Shown piece after piece: positions 50,270-63,312 of a stretch of 64,000 bases of DNA. Made by a program: the position numbers and the translations under genes. The notes below the pieces were generated by a model that did no database searches, had not been told where the DNA came from, and was given only the letters and a program-made list of their open reading frames with translations. The stretch covers positions 25,713,171 through 25,777,170 of the forward strand of contig CM074511.1 of NCBI GenBank assembly GCA_037379345.1. Direction: 5' to 3'. Origin of the DNA: Perna viridis. Lineage: Eukaryota. Position 1 is the first letter of the stretch. Every line of letters starts with the position of its first letter.

Positions 50270-50873
50270 ACTATTGACCAAACTTTAGGACAAACGTGAT
50301 GACTTTTCATTCAGAATTGTCAACTTTCCTTTCATCTGTGGCAACATCCCTTCAGCACCTGCGTATGGAGTGTTCATATCACAACTCTTACGTTATGCCA
50401 GAGCTTGCCGAAACTACGCAGACTTTTTGTATCGCACTAGAACTCTAACAAATAGGCTTCTGGAACAGGGTTATGTTTCTACAAGATTGAAGTCATCACT
50501 ACAGAAGTTTTATGGTCGTCATCATGAACTCGTGGATCGTTATGGTGTATCCATATGCACCATGAAAACTGATTTATTCAACGGGTCATAGTTTTCCTTT
50601 CCTCGTTTGTCTACTCCGGACTTGACTTTTTTTATGAGTAACTCGGCGGGTGTTTCTAGAAAAGCAGAGGACGCTTACCCTACCGGTGCACCTGGTCCAT
50701 GCTCCCAGTTTTTAGTGGAGTCCGAGTTGCTCATTTGCTTTTGTTACTTTGTATGTATGATTTTAGTTGCTTTATGTTCTTTGTTGTGTATGTCTGTTTT
50801 CCATGTCGGGTCTTTGTCCCTGGATTGCATTCTTTTGATTACCGCTATAACCTTGGTTCCCTTGATTACTCTT
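50270..50873 (+). mobile_element. 5'-truncated Penelope-like element: RT C-terminus plus 3' region
   Basis: Reads DKRDDFSFRIVNFPFICGNIPSAPAYGVFISQLLRYARAC...QKFYGRHHELVDRY...NGS*, with no GIY-YIG domain after the RT. Confidence 0.8.
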
Positions 50874-51448
50874 CTACAAAACGAACACAAAACAAAACAA
50901 AACAAAACAAGACAAAAAAAAAAACAAACATGAATAAATATGTAGAAGTTAATAAGGTTGAACAACATGCCGCTTCTGGAATCAAACTAGATCAAACCAC
51001 AAGGGTCTGAGTTCATGATTTTTAAGTTGTTGCTACACTGCAAAGAAAAAAAACAAAAAAGGAACATTCATATATTAATTAGAAATTAGAAAATTTATAG
51101 CATCTGCACAGGCAAAATTAATTCACTTGATTTTAACCTGAATGAGCAAGTAAACTTTGTGACAGAGATCACGTGAATTCGAGTGAATTGAGCTTTCATT
51201 TGCACATCACGTTAATTTCATGTAAATTCACATGAATTTCATGTGAAGCTCGATTAGCATGAATTTCACGTGAAAAATATTTTAGTATAATTATTGCTTT
51301 CCATAAAAGTTCACCGTTACCATTTATATATTTGTAGTGTTTGTTTTTTTCAAACTGACTGGATGTTTGTGTTGTAGGTCCTATGCGCGATTGGTCACAA
51401 AATCATATATATAACTTATGAAGGATTTGAGGGTACTATTCTCAACTA

Positions 51449-52775
51449 ATTAATACTTACTCCCACCCTATATGTTATGGTAATATTCTTCACAAAGCTC
51501 TATATTGGTTCAATAAGTATACTAAACCGTTGAATTCGTAATGAATATAGTTGTGATACTGTTGTCAAATCATTGAAGATAGCATTTAATTTTAGCTCAA
51601 CTGACCCTAAGGATTGCCATCACTTGGCGTTCGTCGTCGTTACGAATTTTTAAGATGTTTTACCACAGACTGGCCATCTATGTCGTTATTTAACCCCTAG
51701 CTTTCGCTCGGGTTTAAACAATGCGACTTAAATGGCCAGCCCATGGTAAAACAATGATAAAATGTAGTATCCGTGATTTATTTCCTAATTTTGGCAAGAC
51801 ACGAGTTATGTCCTTATTGCATAACTTATGATGTACCTCGGTTCTCAATCCCACATGAGAAGCATAAGGATTGATATTACATACGGTGAGGGCATAACTT
51901 TTTGTAGGTTTTAACTTGTTCGAAGGTGGTATGTCTGTTAACTACTAGCAGTCATTCGTTTGTGCATTTGTTTAACGTACAATCAGTTTCTTTGTTTCTG
52001 TTTAAACAATGGACTCCGACCTTTTTGAACTGATTTTAGGTGTGTTAAGTTGTGTATAATTTTTACCACAGTTGGTCAAATTAAAAAAAGGAGGGTAGTG
52101 ATCACGCCAAAGTACTTTAACCTCGCCGCATTTTTTGCGCCTGTCCCAAAGTCAGGAATTTCTGGCCTCTGTATGTCTTGTTTCGTTTTCACTTTCATTT
52201 TACTTTTTATGTTACTGGAGTATATATGGGGGCAACAATTTCGCTGTACCAGTATTTAATGTTTTGGGGTCAGCTGCAGCCTGTCCTAGGGTTTCCTCGT
52301 CCTTCATTGAAGATCCATGAGTGGCCTTGGGCTGACATTTTTCATCCCAGTGGGTTTGCTGTCATTTGACAAATCCACTATATCCATTCTCGTTATTAAA
52401 ACAACACTTATTGAAGGAAAAATTGTAAAATATCTGGAGTTATTCAAGTCCAGCTTGTGTGTCTCTTGGTTCTTTATGCCTAAAACGAGCAGCACGGCGA
52501 AAGGTTAATTTCATATAGAAAACGTTTTGGGACTTAGTCCTCTTTAAAAATCTGTTCATATTATATTATGTATTATTTTGAAGCAATTTATTTCATCCAT
52601 AGAAAGCAAGGTATAGTTAGCAATATATTCCCATATTCGGTGTTTCAAAGCTTTACTCTTGTATAGCAGAGCCTATAAGCTGGAGGAACGATATATAGCA
52701 AATCAAAAGCGTTTTTTTCATTTTTGCTTTATGTTTTATTAACATTTTGCATCTATGTATCCTTCAATCATATTT
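51449..52775 (+). repeat. 1.33 kb direct repeat, copy 2
   Basis: Matches 10038-11375. Separated from the inverted arm by 7 bp (atacatt, 52776-52782). Confidence 0.95.
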
Positions 52776-52782
52776 ATACATT

Positions 52783-55700
52783 GATTTTTATGTTATCAAG
52801 CGCACTAGTAATTAAAATAGTCTGGTTGTTGACCGATGACTTGAAAAGTGAAAATAGATATTCATTTATAAGGTCCTTTGCGAAGTTTAGGAAGCCAGTA
52901 CACAGTGAGAACTTTCATGCTACTAGGCTCAGCATGTAAAGAGGTAGCAACCAGTTTGTGTTTGTTCACAATTTCACTTGCTGAAAATTTAGTCAGATGG
53001 AATGTATTAGTTGAAATTGAACTATAGCACAAATATAGAATGCAGATGTACACTCCATAACAACAATCCTACTAATGTCCAGCAGAAATTGCCAAGCAGT
53101 TTAAAGGGCATGAATCCATATGGTCATTATTTGATTAGCAAATGTCCCACAACTGTTACAAACTTTGTTGAACAAGTCTCAAAGCCACAAGGTAGTTAAA
53201 ATTAGGGCTTAAAACATAAAATATTCTATAAGTTTTTATAACATGAAAAGATATAAACAGAACAGTCATTAAGTACGAAGATAGATATAATAAAGAAAAC
53301 GTTCTTACATTGTCGCGTTAGTAAAACATATATAATAAATAGAAAAAGTGATGGACGGAAATTATGGCACTTATCATTAGACTGAAAAAACATCACAGTA
53401 AAAAAATAAACAACAACGTAATTATTTCGTACAGATGAAAATTTTCATGTACAAAAAACATTCTAAATTAATTCAGGGAATTTTGTCACGAGGTCAAACA
53501 ATCATTTTCAAAAATTTAGTTTTGATAAAAATAAAACTGATACTTAATGAGATTTTCCAAAAGTAAGGTTCCTATGCATAACGTTAATATTAAAGGTAAA
53601 ATGATGAAGAAAAATATAAGAACATAGTAACATAAATAGAGCGTAAATCATTTTCAAATTATCTTACTCTTTAGGCATTATCATACAAAATAAAATGATA
53701 CAAAAATACCGGTTGAAACTACATATCAATGTTTAAAAATAAGTATGAAAATTTATGAGAAATTAGTCTTTGAAAAAATCACCATATTTAAATGCCTGAT
53801 CATAATTAATAAAATACATTAAAGGCTTAAAAATATTAATACGAATGTCTTTTTGTTGAGCTCATTTTTTTTAAGAATTGTGATTTATGGAAATTGAATA
53901 AAGAGAGCTTAATAACGAATATAACCCAAACCTAATGACATGTGAAGGGAAAAAAATCATCAACATAAAATGTATAAACTAATACAATTGAGGCTTGTTC
54001 ATCAATTCCTAAACTGTCACAAATCAAATCACAAAATTAATCAATCGATCGTTTTTTTCTAAAGTATACATGTATTAAATTTGTATGTTTAATGTCATAA
54101 TTAAACTCTTGTTCTACACTTCCCTGAGGTCATCTTCCCTAAGTAAAGTATCATCTGGTGGTGTTTGCATCAACAAGTCTTCTCCTTCTTTTCTTTTCGT
54201 ACCAGCTGCTGCTAACATCATTGCCCCTAGTGGTCCAGGAGCTGTAGGAACAACATCAGAACTTTTCGTTGATTTGTCTTTCTTAGTTTGATTTTTGGTT
54301 TGCTGCGGCAAAGAGCCTGGCAATGGAACCAGCGGCTTTGTCTGACCTGTCAGTGGCTGAGAATGTATATCTTCTGTCCCCATTAAATCATCCAAATCAA
54401 TCAAAAGTCCAGGAGAGGGCGCCGAGTAAGATGGTGGCTTTATTATCACTTCATCTTCTTGATTAAGTAATGATTTATCTTGTGTACCTAATGTACCATG
54501 GACGGCATCGGAACTTCCTGATGAACGACCAGAAGATTTCTTCAGTTTCTGAGGTTCACTACCACCAAAAGCGTTTCGTGGTAGGCCTGGTTTTCCATCA
54601 ATTGTTGGTGGTCCATGAATTGCATTGGTAGCTCTAGACTTTCTTCCTGGATCGGATGGTTTTGATTTGAAAGTTTCCATTGATGGCACTTCAACTAGGA
54701 CCGGCAATGGCTTATGACCTTTTGAGAAAACGGGTTCTGCATCTTTTAGGTCTGGCGAGTAGCCTCTGTTAACAACAGAAAAGGTAGATAACTCCTCTGG
54801 TTGGAAAGGACTGACTGTTCCGTCATCGCTGATGTTATTGCCATCTAATCCTGGAGTAACAAAAGGTGATCGTGATTTCGCCCTCGTTTCTGATGAGGCA
54901 GAATCAGGTCTTTCACTTTCATTAGGATTGTTGAATAATGGAGTGGCTGTCGGATTCCTTAAAAATGGCGCATGCGTTTTTTTACCGAAAACAGGTGTTG
55001 CATTGTCATGTCTGGTAAACGTTTTTGGTTGAGCAACTTGAACATTCACAGATTGATCGTCAATATTTGCGTCTTGCAGCCTAAAGTCAGCAGGAGCAGG
55101 ATGATTTCCTTTTTTACCTTTCTTAACTTTCGGAATGATGCTTCCCAGTGTGGCCAGCAGTGATGATGTACTTCTAGGTCCACCTGATGACGGGGGTGGT
55201 GCTGGAGACGTTGGGCCAGGAGTGAATAGGGTACCGCGTGGTGGTGGTGGGGATACAAAATCGTCATCAAAGGTATCAAATAAAACTGGGAAATCCGATG
55301 CCGATAGTGCTGAACTACTTCGTCCAGACATCCCAGAATCAAGAGTACGGAAACCTGTTTCATCTCCAAATAACACATTTGCGTTGCGAGAGTTTATTCG
55401 ATTTCTTGAATAAGCGACATCTGAATCTTCCTCGTACTCATAGTTCACAATAGCATCATTTTGATTGTCCTTTGTCTTTCCTGCTTTTATCCCAGGTTTA
55501 CATTGTTTAAAGCAAAGGACGCCATGGAACCAGCAGCAACAGCATATGATTAGTATGATGACCGGAATTATGCAACAGATTATAATAATGATCAACAAGA
55601 TGCTACTTTCCGATGTTTCTTCGTCTTTGTCAGTACAGTAGTCGAAATATTCATTCAACTTACATTCATCTACATTGAAAGTTGCTTGACAGTAAAAGAT

Positions 55701-58700
55701 AAGGTTGTGAACGATAAGTATATCAGTTGCGTTCTCTCCGATATTATCGTAATCAGCTAGACAGGCTTCAAGGAAATATTCTGTGATATTGCTCACATCT
55801 TGACAGTACTGTTGTGTATCTGAATTATTCAGTGCTTCTATGCATTCGTCGAGGATAGTTTTATTTACCGATGCAGGCGATAAATCTTTTGGCATATACG
55901 ATTTAGTAGTTGGGATATCCGACGGAATCCATAAATCGCCAGTCTCTGGTTCAGAAATTATTCCTGATATTGATTTTGTACCAGATAATGTTGAAGAATC
56001 TAGAATTGATATAAGTCCTGAACCTTCATCACACCCTATTAGCACAATAAGTTCTTTTTCTGACGCCAAATCATCCGCATATGATGCCATTTCTGCTAGC
56101 ACTGTGTCTAATGATTTTGCTACCTTCCAAACTCGGACGTGATCAACTTCTAGCGGACTATTATCATTTCCTAAAATGAAAATCGATTCAATATTAAATG
56201 TGGATGATTCGTGAACTTTTTTGATGACCTTGTATTGGAGACGTCCATCTGTCATTAGGAAAAGTAACAATTCTCCGTCGGACGATTTCCAAGTCATAGC
56301 AGCGTAGATCCATGTGGTAAGTTTCAATTCTAGGGAAGTTGTCCATTTGGTTCCCCACTGTAATGTTATTTTACCGGTCTCAGCAGACAAAGTAAGGTTT
56401 TGACCATCTAACTGGTACACAATCAAAGGCTGGTGTATCAAATGAATTTGTATTCTCATCCAAAAACTGATGGTGAAAGCCGTAATGTCCTTTGTCATGT
56501 AAACACCAGAATACGTTACTGATTGCAAAGTTAAATGCAGGAGAAATCCTGCTGTCGTTAGGTTCTGCTGCCTATTTGCGTGCCAAGTATGGACCGTTGA
56601 TAATGATGACCCAAATGCACTCTTTGTCCAGGAGCCAGTGTAAGATGCTGACAAGTTGTCAATTAATGAGGAGTTGGCACTGACCTTATCACTAGGAGAT
56701 AACAAGTTCATCCACCATGGGTCATCCGTGTTACCTAACAACCCAGTGGCACCATGTCCACTGCTTGTTCCAATTTTAAATCTACATATCAATCCAGTAT
56801 TGCTGTCCGATACCAGAACAGAAAATGAGCCGACGGTTATCCTGACATAGTTTTGAACTATCCACTTGACTTCGATATTAGAAATAGATTTGGTGACTGG
56901 ATACACAAAATCGATGAGACCCCCAATATGCATTGGTTGTAAGGTATCATTGAATCTCAACACACTAACAGTTTGTGCACCACTGCTAACAGAAATTTCT
57001 TTCATCTGTCGGCAATATATATCATTACTACAAGGCCAGAATACAGCCTGAACAGACATGCCAGAAACTGAATAAACGTTGTATATTCCCGGAAGTATTA
57101 ACCTATATGATGCACCACCTAATGTTGTTATGTAGGAAGCTAACATGAACCCAACAGCGTTTGACTGTCCGCTTTTGATTGCCTGGACAACGAAGTTACA
57201 ATCGGCTCCGTGCCACCCTAAAGAACAATCTGCGCATGAGTAGGATGAGAGTGATATTTTGACACTTAATTGTGTTGAGAGCGATTTCCAGTAGTCCGAC
57301 GCCTTCAATGTAACTCCGTTCCAGTGGGAGTTGCATTGGCATTCACCTGATGTAGAGTCGCAAGTACCATGTGCATTACATGCTCCTTGTGGTCCAAGAC
57401 TGCAAGATCCCGAACACGATGGGCCATAGTGGGAGGGATCGCAATTACAAACGCTGTTATAGACAGTACCAAAAACACATTCATTGCTACATGATCCACC
57501 ATACCATGACACATATTTGTCATGAACATCGATTTGATTACAAAGAGCCTTAGCGGGCGATTCTGTCAAGTTTTTGGCATTTTGACAGTAGTCAGCAATA
57601 CTCAACAATAACACTTCTGCCAAGTCAGGATTACCTGTTGTTTGAACGAGGGTAACACATTCGCCATGAAGGTCTGACAAAATATTTTCCAGTCCAGAAC
57701 AACGACTGTCGAGTTCAGATGAATCCAAAAGGGTGTCACATTTAGATGTATCGACTGTTGTACTAAGTGGAGTCTTCGCTGTTATTTCCGGAAGCCTTAA
57801 ATCGACCCCAGGACTCAAATCAAGGTCTGATGCAGCCCATGTTGGAGGATTAGCATAATTTACTGCAAACAGATGTTGGTTGTTCTTTAATTCCGACGCT
57901 ACAAATCCAGTTCCTTCATTTAAAGACCATGCAGCATGAAGGTCAGGAGTTCTGTCTGTGACAGAGATTCTCCAATTCGTTCTTATGATAGATGGATTAT
58001 TTGGTCTTGTCCATATTCTCAATTCGTCAATGTAACCATTGAATGTGCCAATAGGGAACAATGATATTACACCATCTCCAATTTGTCCAATTGTAAATGT
58101 TCCACCAGATTCAAATACATCAAAGGGACAAGCAATTTCTTTTACAGTGGTCGTGCCAGCATTTGATATTACGTACACCTCAAGCTGGTAATTTTGTTTG
58201 TTCCATACAAGATTTACTTGGTTCCATGTGTCCTGGTCTAACGGAATGTTAGTCTGGTATACTGTGTCATCTGCAATCACTACTATACCAGTTTTGTAGT
58301 TGACTATGATTATTTGATGTGTAGCAGTATGATACGTCATCATTGGTCCATTGACAGCGGTTGGTTTCACATGGAACTCAATGGCAAAGTTAGACGTTGG
58401 TAATTCTACTTCATCCACATACAATCCTGTCCCACTGAAGAGAAGACAAGCTGGTCCTGTTATTATGTACTGCCGTTCCAGCTTGGTATCAACTGCAATG
58501 TCGGTAAACACATGTTGCTGGAGGTAGGCTTCGACAGCCGCTACATTTAATGTGCCCACACACGATCCTGCAGTTGTTGCATTGACAGATTTGTCACAAA
58601 TACTTGTTCGTGGTACATTGCATTTGACCATTTGTATTGAGGTTTTAGTGTTACAGGATGTTAACAATCCACTGATGTATGAAGCATCATTTATAAACTT

Positions 58701-61700
58701 TGTATTGGGAAACGTCAGCGTCAATATTAATCCATTATCGATATAAACTAATTTAACGGACAAGTCGATGCCAATGAATGTGCATAAAATGGTGTTGGTT
58801 TGGATGATAGAAATTTCAATTTCACTTGTAATGAATTTGTCGTAGATAGTTATTTCATCTGAATTGGTATAAACTACAACTTTGTTATTTTGAAAGCTTG
58901 TCAAAGATCTTATGAAATAGAAAATTCCATTCACGTCAAGAACTAGATCTCTTAAACAATAATGCGTACGGAACGTATCGTTGCACGTTGATACATGGCC
59001 ATATACTGACATTATCTGATTTGAATGGCCAAACAAGGTGTAAACATTCTTGAGGGTCAGATCGATGACAAACCCATCGAATGATATCATTTGTCCGTTT
59101 GTGGACACTTGAGCTACAAGTGTCGTCTGGTTAGCAGACTGTCCTGTCGCCATGACAACACAAACTTCCCCTTCCCATCCTGATTCGCAACTGTCACATG
59201 TTAATCCGGACCAGTGACCTTCACACTGACAGATACCGCTAGTGTCACAAACACCCTGGTTGTTGCACGGTGAAATAATTCCATTTGGACATATATTATC
59301 ACAGTTTGTTCCGTAAAAACCATAGTAGCAGACACACGCTCCATTTGCTCCTTTGTAACCATACCCACAGTTATTGCAGACTTGTGAAACCCAGAACGGT
59401 ATAGAAGTGTTCAGACTACACATATTGTTGTATAATGTGTCCTTTAACCCGCCAACAAGATCGCATATCGTTGTGAATGTTACCATTACCGAAACAACAT
59501 CACTTATGTTTGCAGTAGAGCTGCCTATCAAAATACACTGGTTTTTGAACCAGATCTTACCATTCGGTGAAATACCGCTACATGAAGCTGACACAGCGTC
59601 GAAAAACGAGTTGCACAAATCAAGAGCACCTTGCTGAGTTTCAATGTCTAGGCTTATTTCCTCGTTGATAACTTTCAAAGTTTTATCTGATATTTCCCAA
59701 AGAGGTGTCTGCCATGGGTGGCTAGGTAAATTCATATTGTTGCCCATCACGTTGTCAAACGCAGTGTGTCCAACGCCCTCTGAGAACGACCAAAGAGATG
59801 TTACATTTTTTAGGAAACCGGACAATTTTACATTCAGGCTTTCGGCTTGGAATATCAAAGGGGCCGGTATTGGATCTTTCCAAACTGACACTTCTTCTAT
59901 TTCTCCATCAAACGTTTCTGTGTATGAATATTTCTCAGAATCGATTGATGGTATCCACTCTCCGAGCGATATTTTGCCTCCCTCTATAAATAAGTCAGAA
60001 CAGAAGTCTTCGATTATCTGATATCGTATAGTAACATTTGGTCCATAGTGGTAAAAATGAATTTTGTTGTTCGTTCTGTCGAATGTTGTGACAATCTGGT
60101 TCCACTGATTTTGATGAATAGTCACATTAGTCGTTATGATCTTTGTACCGCATCGCATTATTATTGGATTTCTATTCAGTATGGAAAACGTCATGTTTTT
60201 ACTGTAGGCTAGTAGGACTCCACCCTCGGTTTTAGGTTTGAAGTATAAGCTTAAACTAAAACTGTTGCTGTCCAGAGTGTGGTCTTGTCTGTATGTAAGT
60301 GTATCTGTCAAAGACGACGTTTCGTTGAACGATAAAGCAAATCCGGAGTCATGGCTTACATTACGTCCAAAAACTGCAAGCATTGTTTGAACTATTGGTC
60401 CATCTACCGAACTATATGTGTTCGTAACGTACTGCATCAGGTTGTTTTGATTGTATGTAGTGTATGTTTCGCTGGTACCGCCACAATTTCCAACAATTCC
60501 AGTTGATGAGGAGCACACTGTTGATAGTATGTCCATTGATACGTCTATACCATTGTACTGGACCAAAAGTTTGATGGTACTCGATCCAACAGAAATTTCT
60601 ATTTCTGTGAAAGACTTCATTTCCATTTTAAGGCCAGGTAACGTTGTAGTGGTCTCGTATTCAGACTTGACTAAATCCTTGTATACAAATGGAGGCATAT
60701 CATTCTGTCCTGATGGCATGATAACAAGTTGGTTTGAAGAAGTTTTGATTGACACTCCTATTATGCAGGTACCATATATACAGCTTACTTGGTATACTTC
60801 AACTGCAAAATTGGAAGGTGAATCGAAAACTGTAAAAACTCCAGTTGCCTCATCTAAAGAAATTTGATAGCCATTGAAACCCATGTAATCACCCTTGCCG
60901 GTAACGTATGCTTTTGTCCCAAATGACGAGCCGTGGTAAAAAATTCTACAATCTGGTCCCATCAAACCTCCTGTACATGTTCCACATTCGGTATCACCAT
61001 TCCAATTCCAATTACAAGCGCACTGACCCAAGCTTGTACATTTCCCATGATTGTTACAAGGTGTGTCAGATCCTCCTGGACAAATACCCGAGCAAGTCGT
61101 GCCAAAATACCCAGACGTACATGAACATGACCCGTCGTTTTGCTTTTCACCAAATGAACACGTCTTAGTACATCCGCTGTTTTCACTTTCACTGCTGAGC
61201 AAACTGCTACATAAATTATTTGTTGGTGGAGAAGCAAGGTCTAAAGACAGCTGACAAATGCGCCCATAGCTCAAGATAACATTGTAAGCATTTGCTGAAT
61301 CTTTGGTAGTACTGTACACTTGAAGGCAAGCTGAGTAAAATATTTGTTTTGTAGCAGTTGTCAGTCCAATACAGGATGATATAGTATTGTCCATTACTTG
61401 GCTACAAAGATTATCAGCTTCTTTTTTGACTGTTGAGCTGCCGAATTTAACGAACGTGACACCTGGATAATTATTTTTGACATAATACACATCTGAAGGA
61501 ATCCACTCTGGTGGTATCCATGGTGATGAAGGTAGGTTTATGATGTTGCCTTCGAGTGCATCAGATGTAATAGACCCTTGACCTTCATCGAATTGCCAAA
61601 GGTTGTTCAGTAAGTGTTGTACATCTAGTGGGTCTATTTGAAAGATGTCCGTCACAATATTTGGCTCCAAGGATATTTTCCATACCAAGAAATTGTCAAT

Positions 61701-61780
61701 GTATCCACTAAATGGGCGTGGAGCTGACATGACTTTACCATTGTATGGTGGTTGCCAATGACCAATGGAAAGTGTTCCAG
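52783..61780 (-). repeat. Right arm of the inverted segmental duplication
   Basis: Reverse-complement identity to 1-9645, covering the CDS, 3' flank and a Penelope-like relic. Confidence 0.95.
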
Positions 61781-63312
61781 GATCGTTGAAAATATAAAGT
61801 GGTAATTCATAGCTTCTCCTTTCGATATATCCTACACTATTGAAGACATAGATATCAAAATCTCCAATTTCACCATAGTACATCACTATGACTTTGTTCC
61901 ATTCTCCTTCCTGAAGAGTGAGATTAGTTGAGTATGTCTGGCTTTCATATTCTATGTCAATTATTCCACTAGACACTTGGACAATGAAGAGCTTGGTGTT
62001 ACTGAAGGAAAACAGAACACCTCCATCATCAGACTTGTTGGCAATTTTAGTCAAAAATTCAAAGGTAATGTTAGGACCTACAGTTGTGTATAAGTCAACC
62101 TCTCCATATATTATAGATGAAGCAAAGTTCAAGCTGTATCCACCAACATTCTGTGTTTTGTAATAGATAAATGGGTAGTAGATGAACTCATCACAAGGTA
62201 CGACAACAAATCTTGACCATTCAAAAGAATATGGCAGAGACATGTTTTTGTTTGGTGAGATGCCGCTGATTTGCAATGTGTATGCCTGGTATGTTGATTG
62301 TGGAGTCTGTGTTGGTCCTGTGTATACACATACATTTGGAGAGAAAACTTCTTTGTACAGTAATGATTCGATTTTAAATGTTGAGTTGCTGACTCCTGAA
62401 CCTCCGAGTATTCCACTTGTGGTGCTGACATACTGATGACTCAATATAACTTCCATAACAAGGTATTGCCCTTGCAGCCTTACACCAACTTGAGCTTGGT
62501 CTTCAATCTTTATCTTCAATTCATCGATGTCAATCCTTTCTAAACTGAAACCCTTGAAGTACAATGGCTCATCAACTGTGGTTTCTTGGTCTTCAATGTA
62601 AACAATAGGTTTACTTGTTTTGAGTCTTGGAGTCTTGAATGTGATGGTTGAAAATCCTGCTGAAGTATCCCCAAGTCTCACCGATAAAAATGTGATGCAG
62701 GTATGGTTCTGATGACACGCTACTAGTTTTCCCTGAATGGCAATGACATCACTTATGGTAAGCAATGAATACACCGCTGGTTCTCTGACGATAAAGCTCA
62801 AACCATCCAAATTTGTCATGTGACCTAATTGACTTGCCAGGGCAATGGACTGATTACCAGCGATGGTGTTTTCTGCTACAGCACAGTCAGGTCCGATCCA
62901 GCCATCAGTACAGACAGAACAATCATCTGCACCTTTTCTGTTGAGTGGACAGTCACATGATCCTGTTTGATCACATGTTCCATATCCTGAGCATGGAGAG
63001 GCGGCTCCCCCGGGACATTCTGTGTCACATGTCGTATTCCAATATCCTTTGTTACAAACACATTCAGTGCCTCCATTTTTGGTTCCAAAATAGCAATGTG
63101 GATCACAGTGGTCCCCAAACACTGAGTTAAACGCAGCATCATTTGTCATTTCAGTACATAGTGACAGTCCTGGCCAGATGCTTAATTCAAGGATATATTG
63201 GCAATAGTCTGCATACTCCAAGATGGTATCTTCCAAGTCTTCAGGATCTTGCGCTTGTTCACATTCATACTTGTATTTCTGATTCAAACCACTTCCTGCT
63301 GGTGTACAGGTG
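54114..63312 (-). CDS. Giant EGF/VWD-like/LamG/C8-like type I membrane protein, copy 2; ~9.2 kb terminal coding exon, upstream exons not identified in the window
   Basis: 3089-codon ORF colinear with copy 1 (position x pairs with 61781-x, no net indel). No signal peptide. A likely splice acceptor (tattttcag) at 63313-63314 opens the exon in phase 2 at STCTPAG. Four full modules plus a final C8-like segment, TM and cytoplasmic tail. Confidence 0.88.

Noticed and set aside
50590-50873. SECIS element in the Penelope-like 3' region
   Set aside because: No convincing AUGA/AA/GA stem-loop found by eye.
44017-51290. cacgtgaa/ttcacatgaa-rich segments at about 44020-44100 and 51165-51285 as TIRs of one element carrying the ZAR1-like gene
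   Set aside because: Similarity is weak and repetitive, and each segment appears to belong to its own short element.
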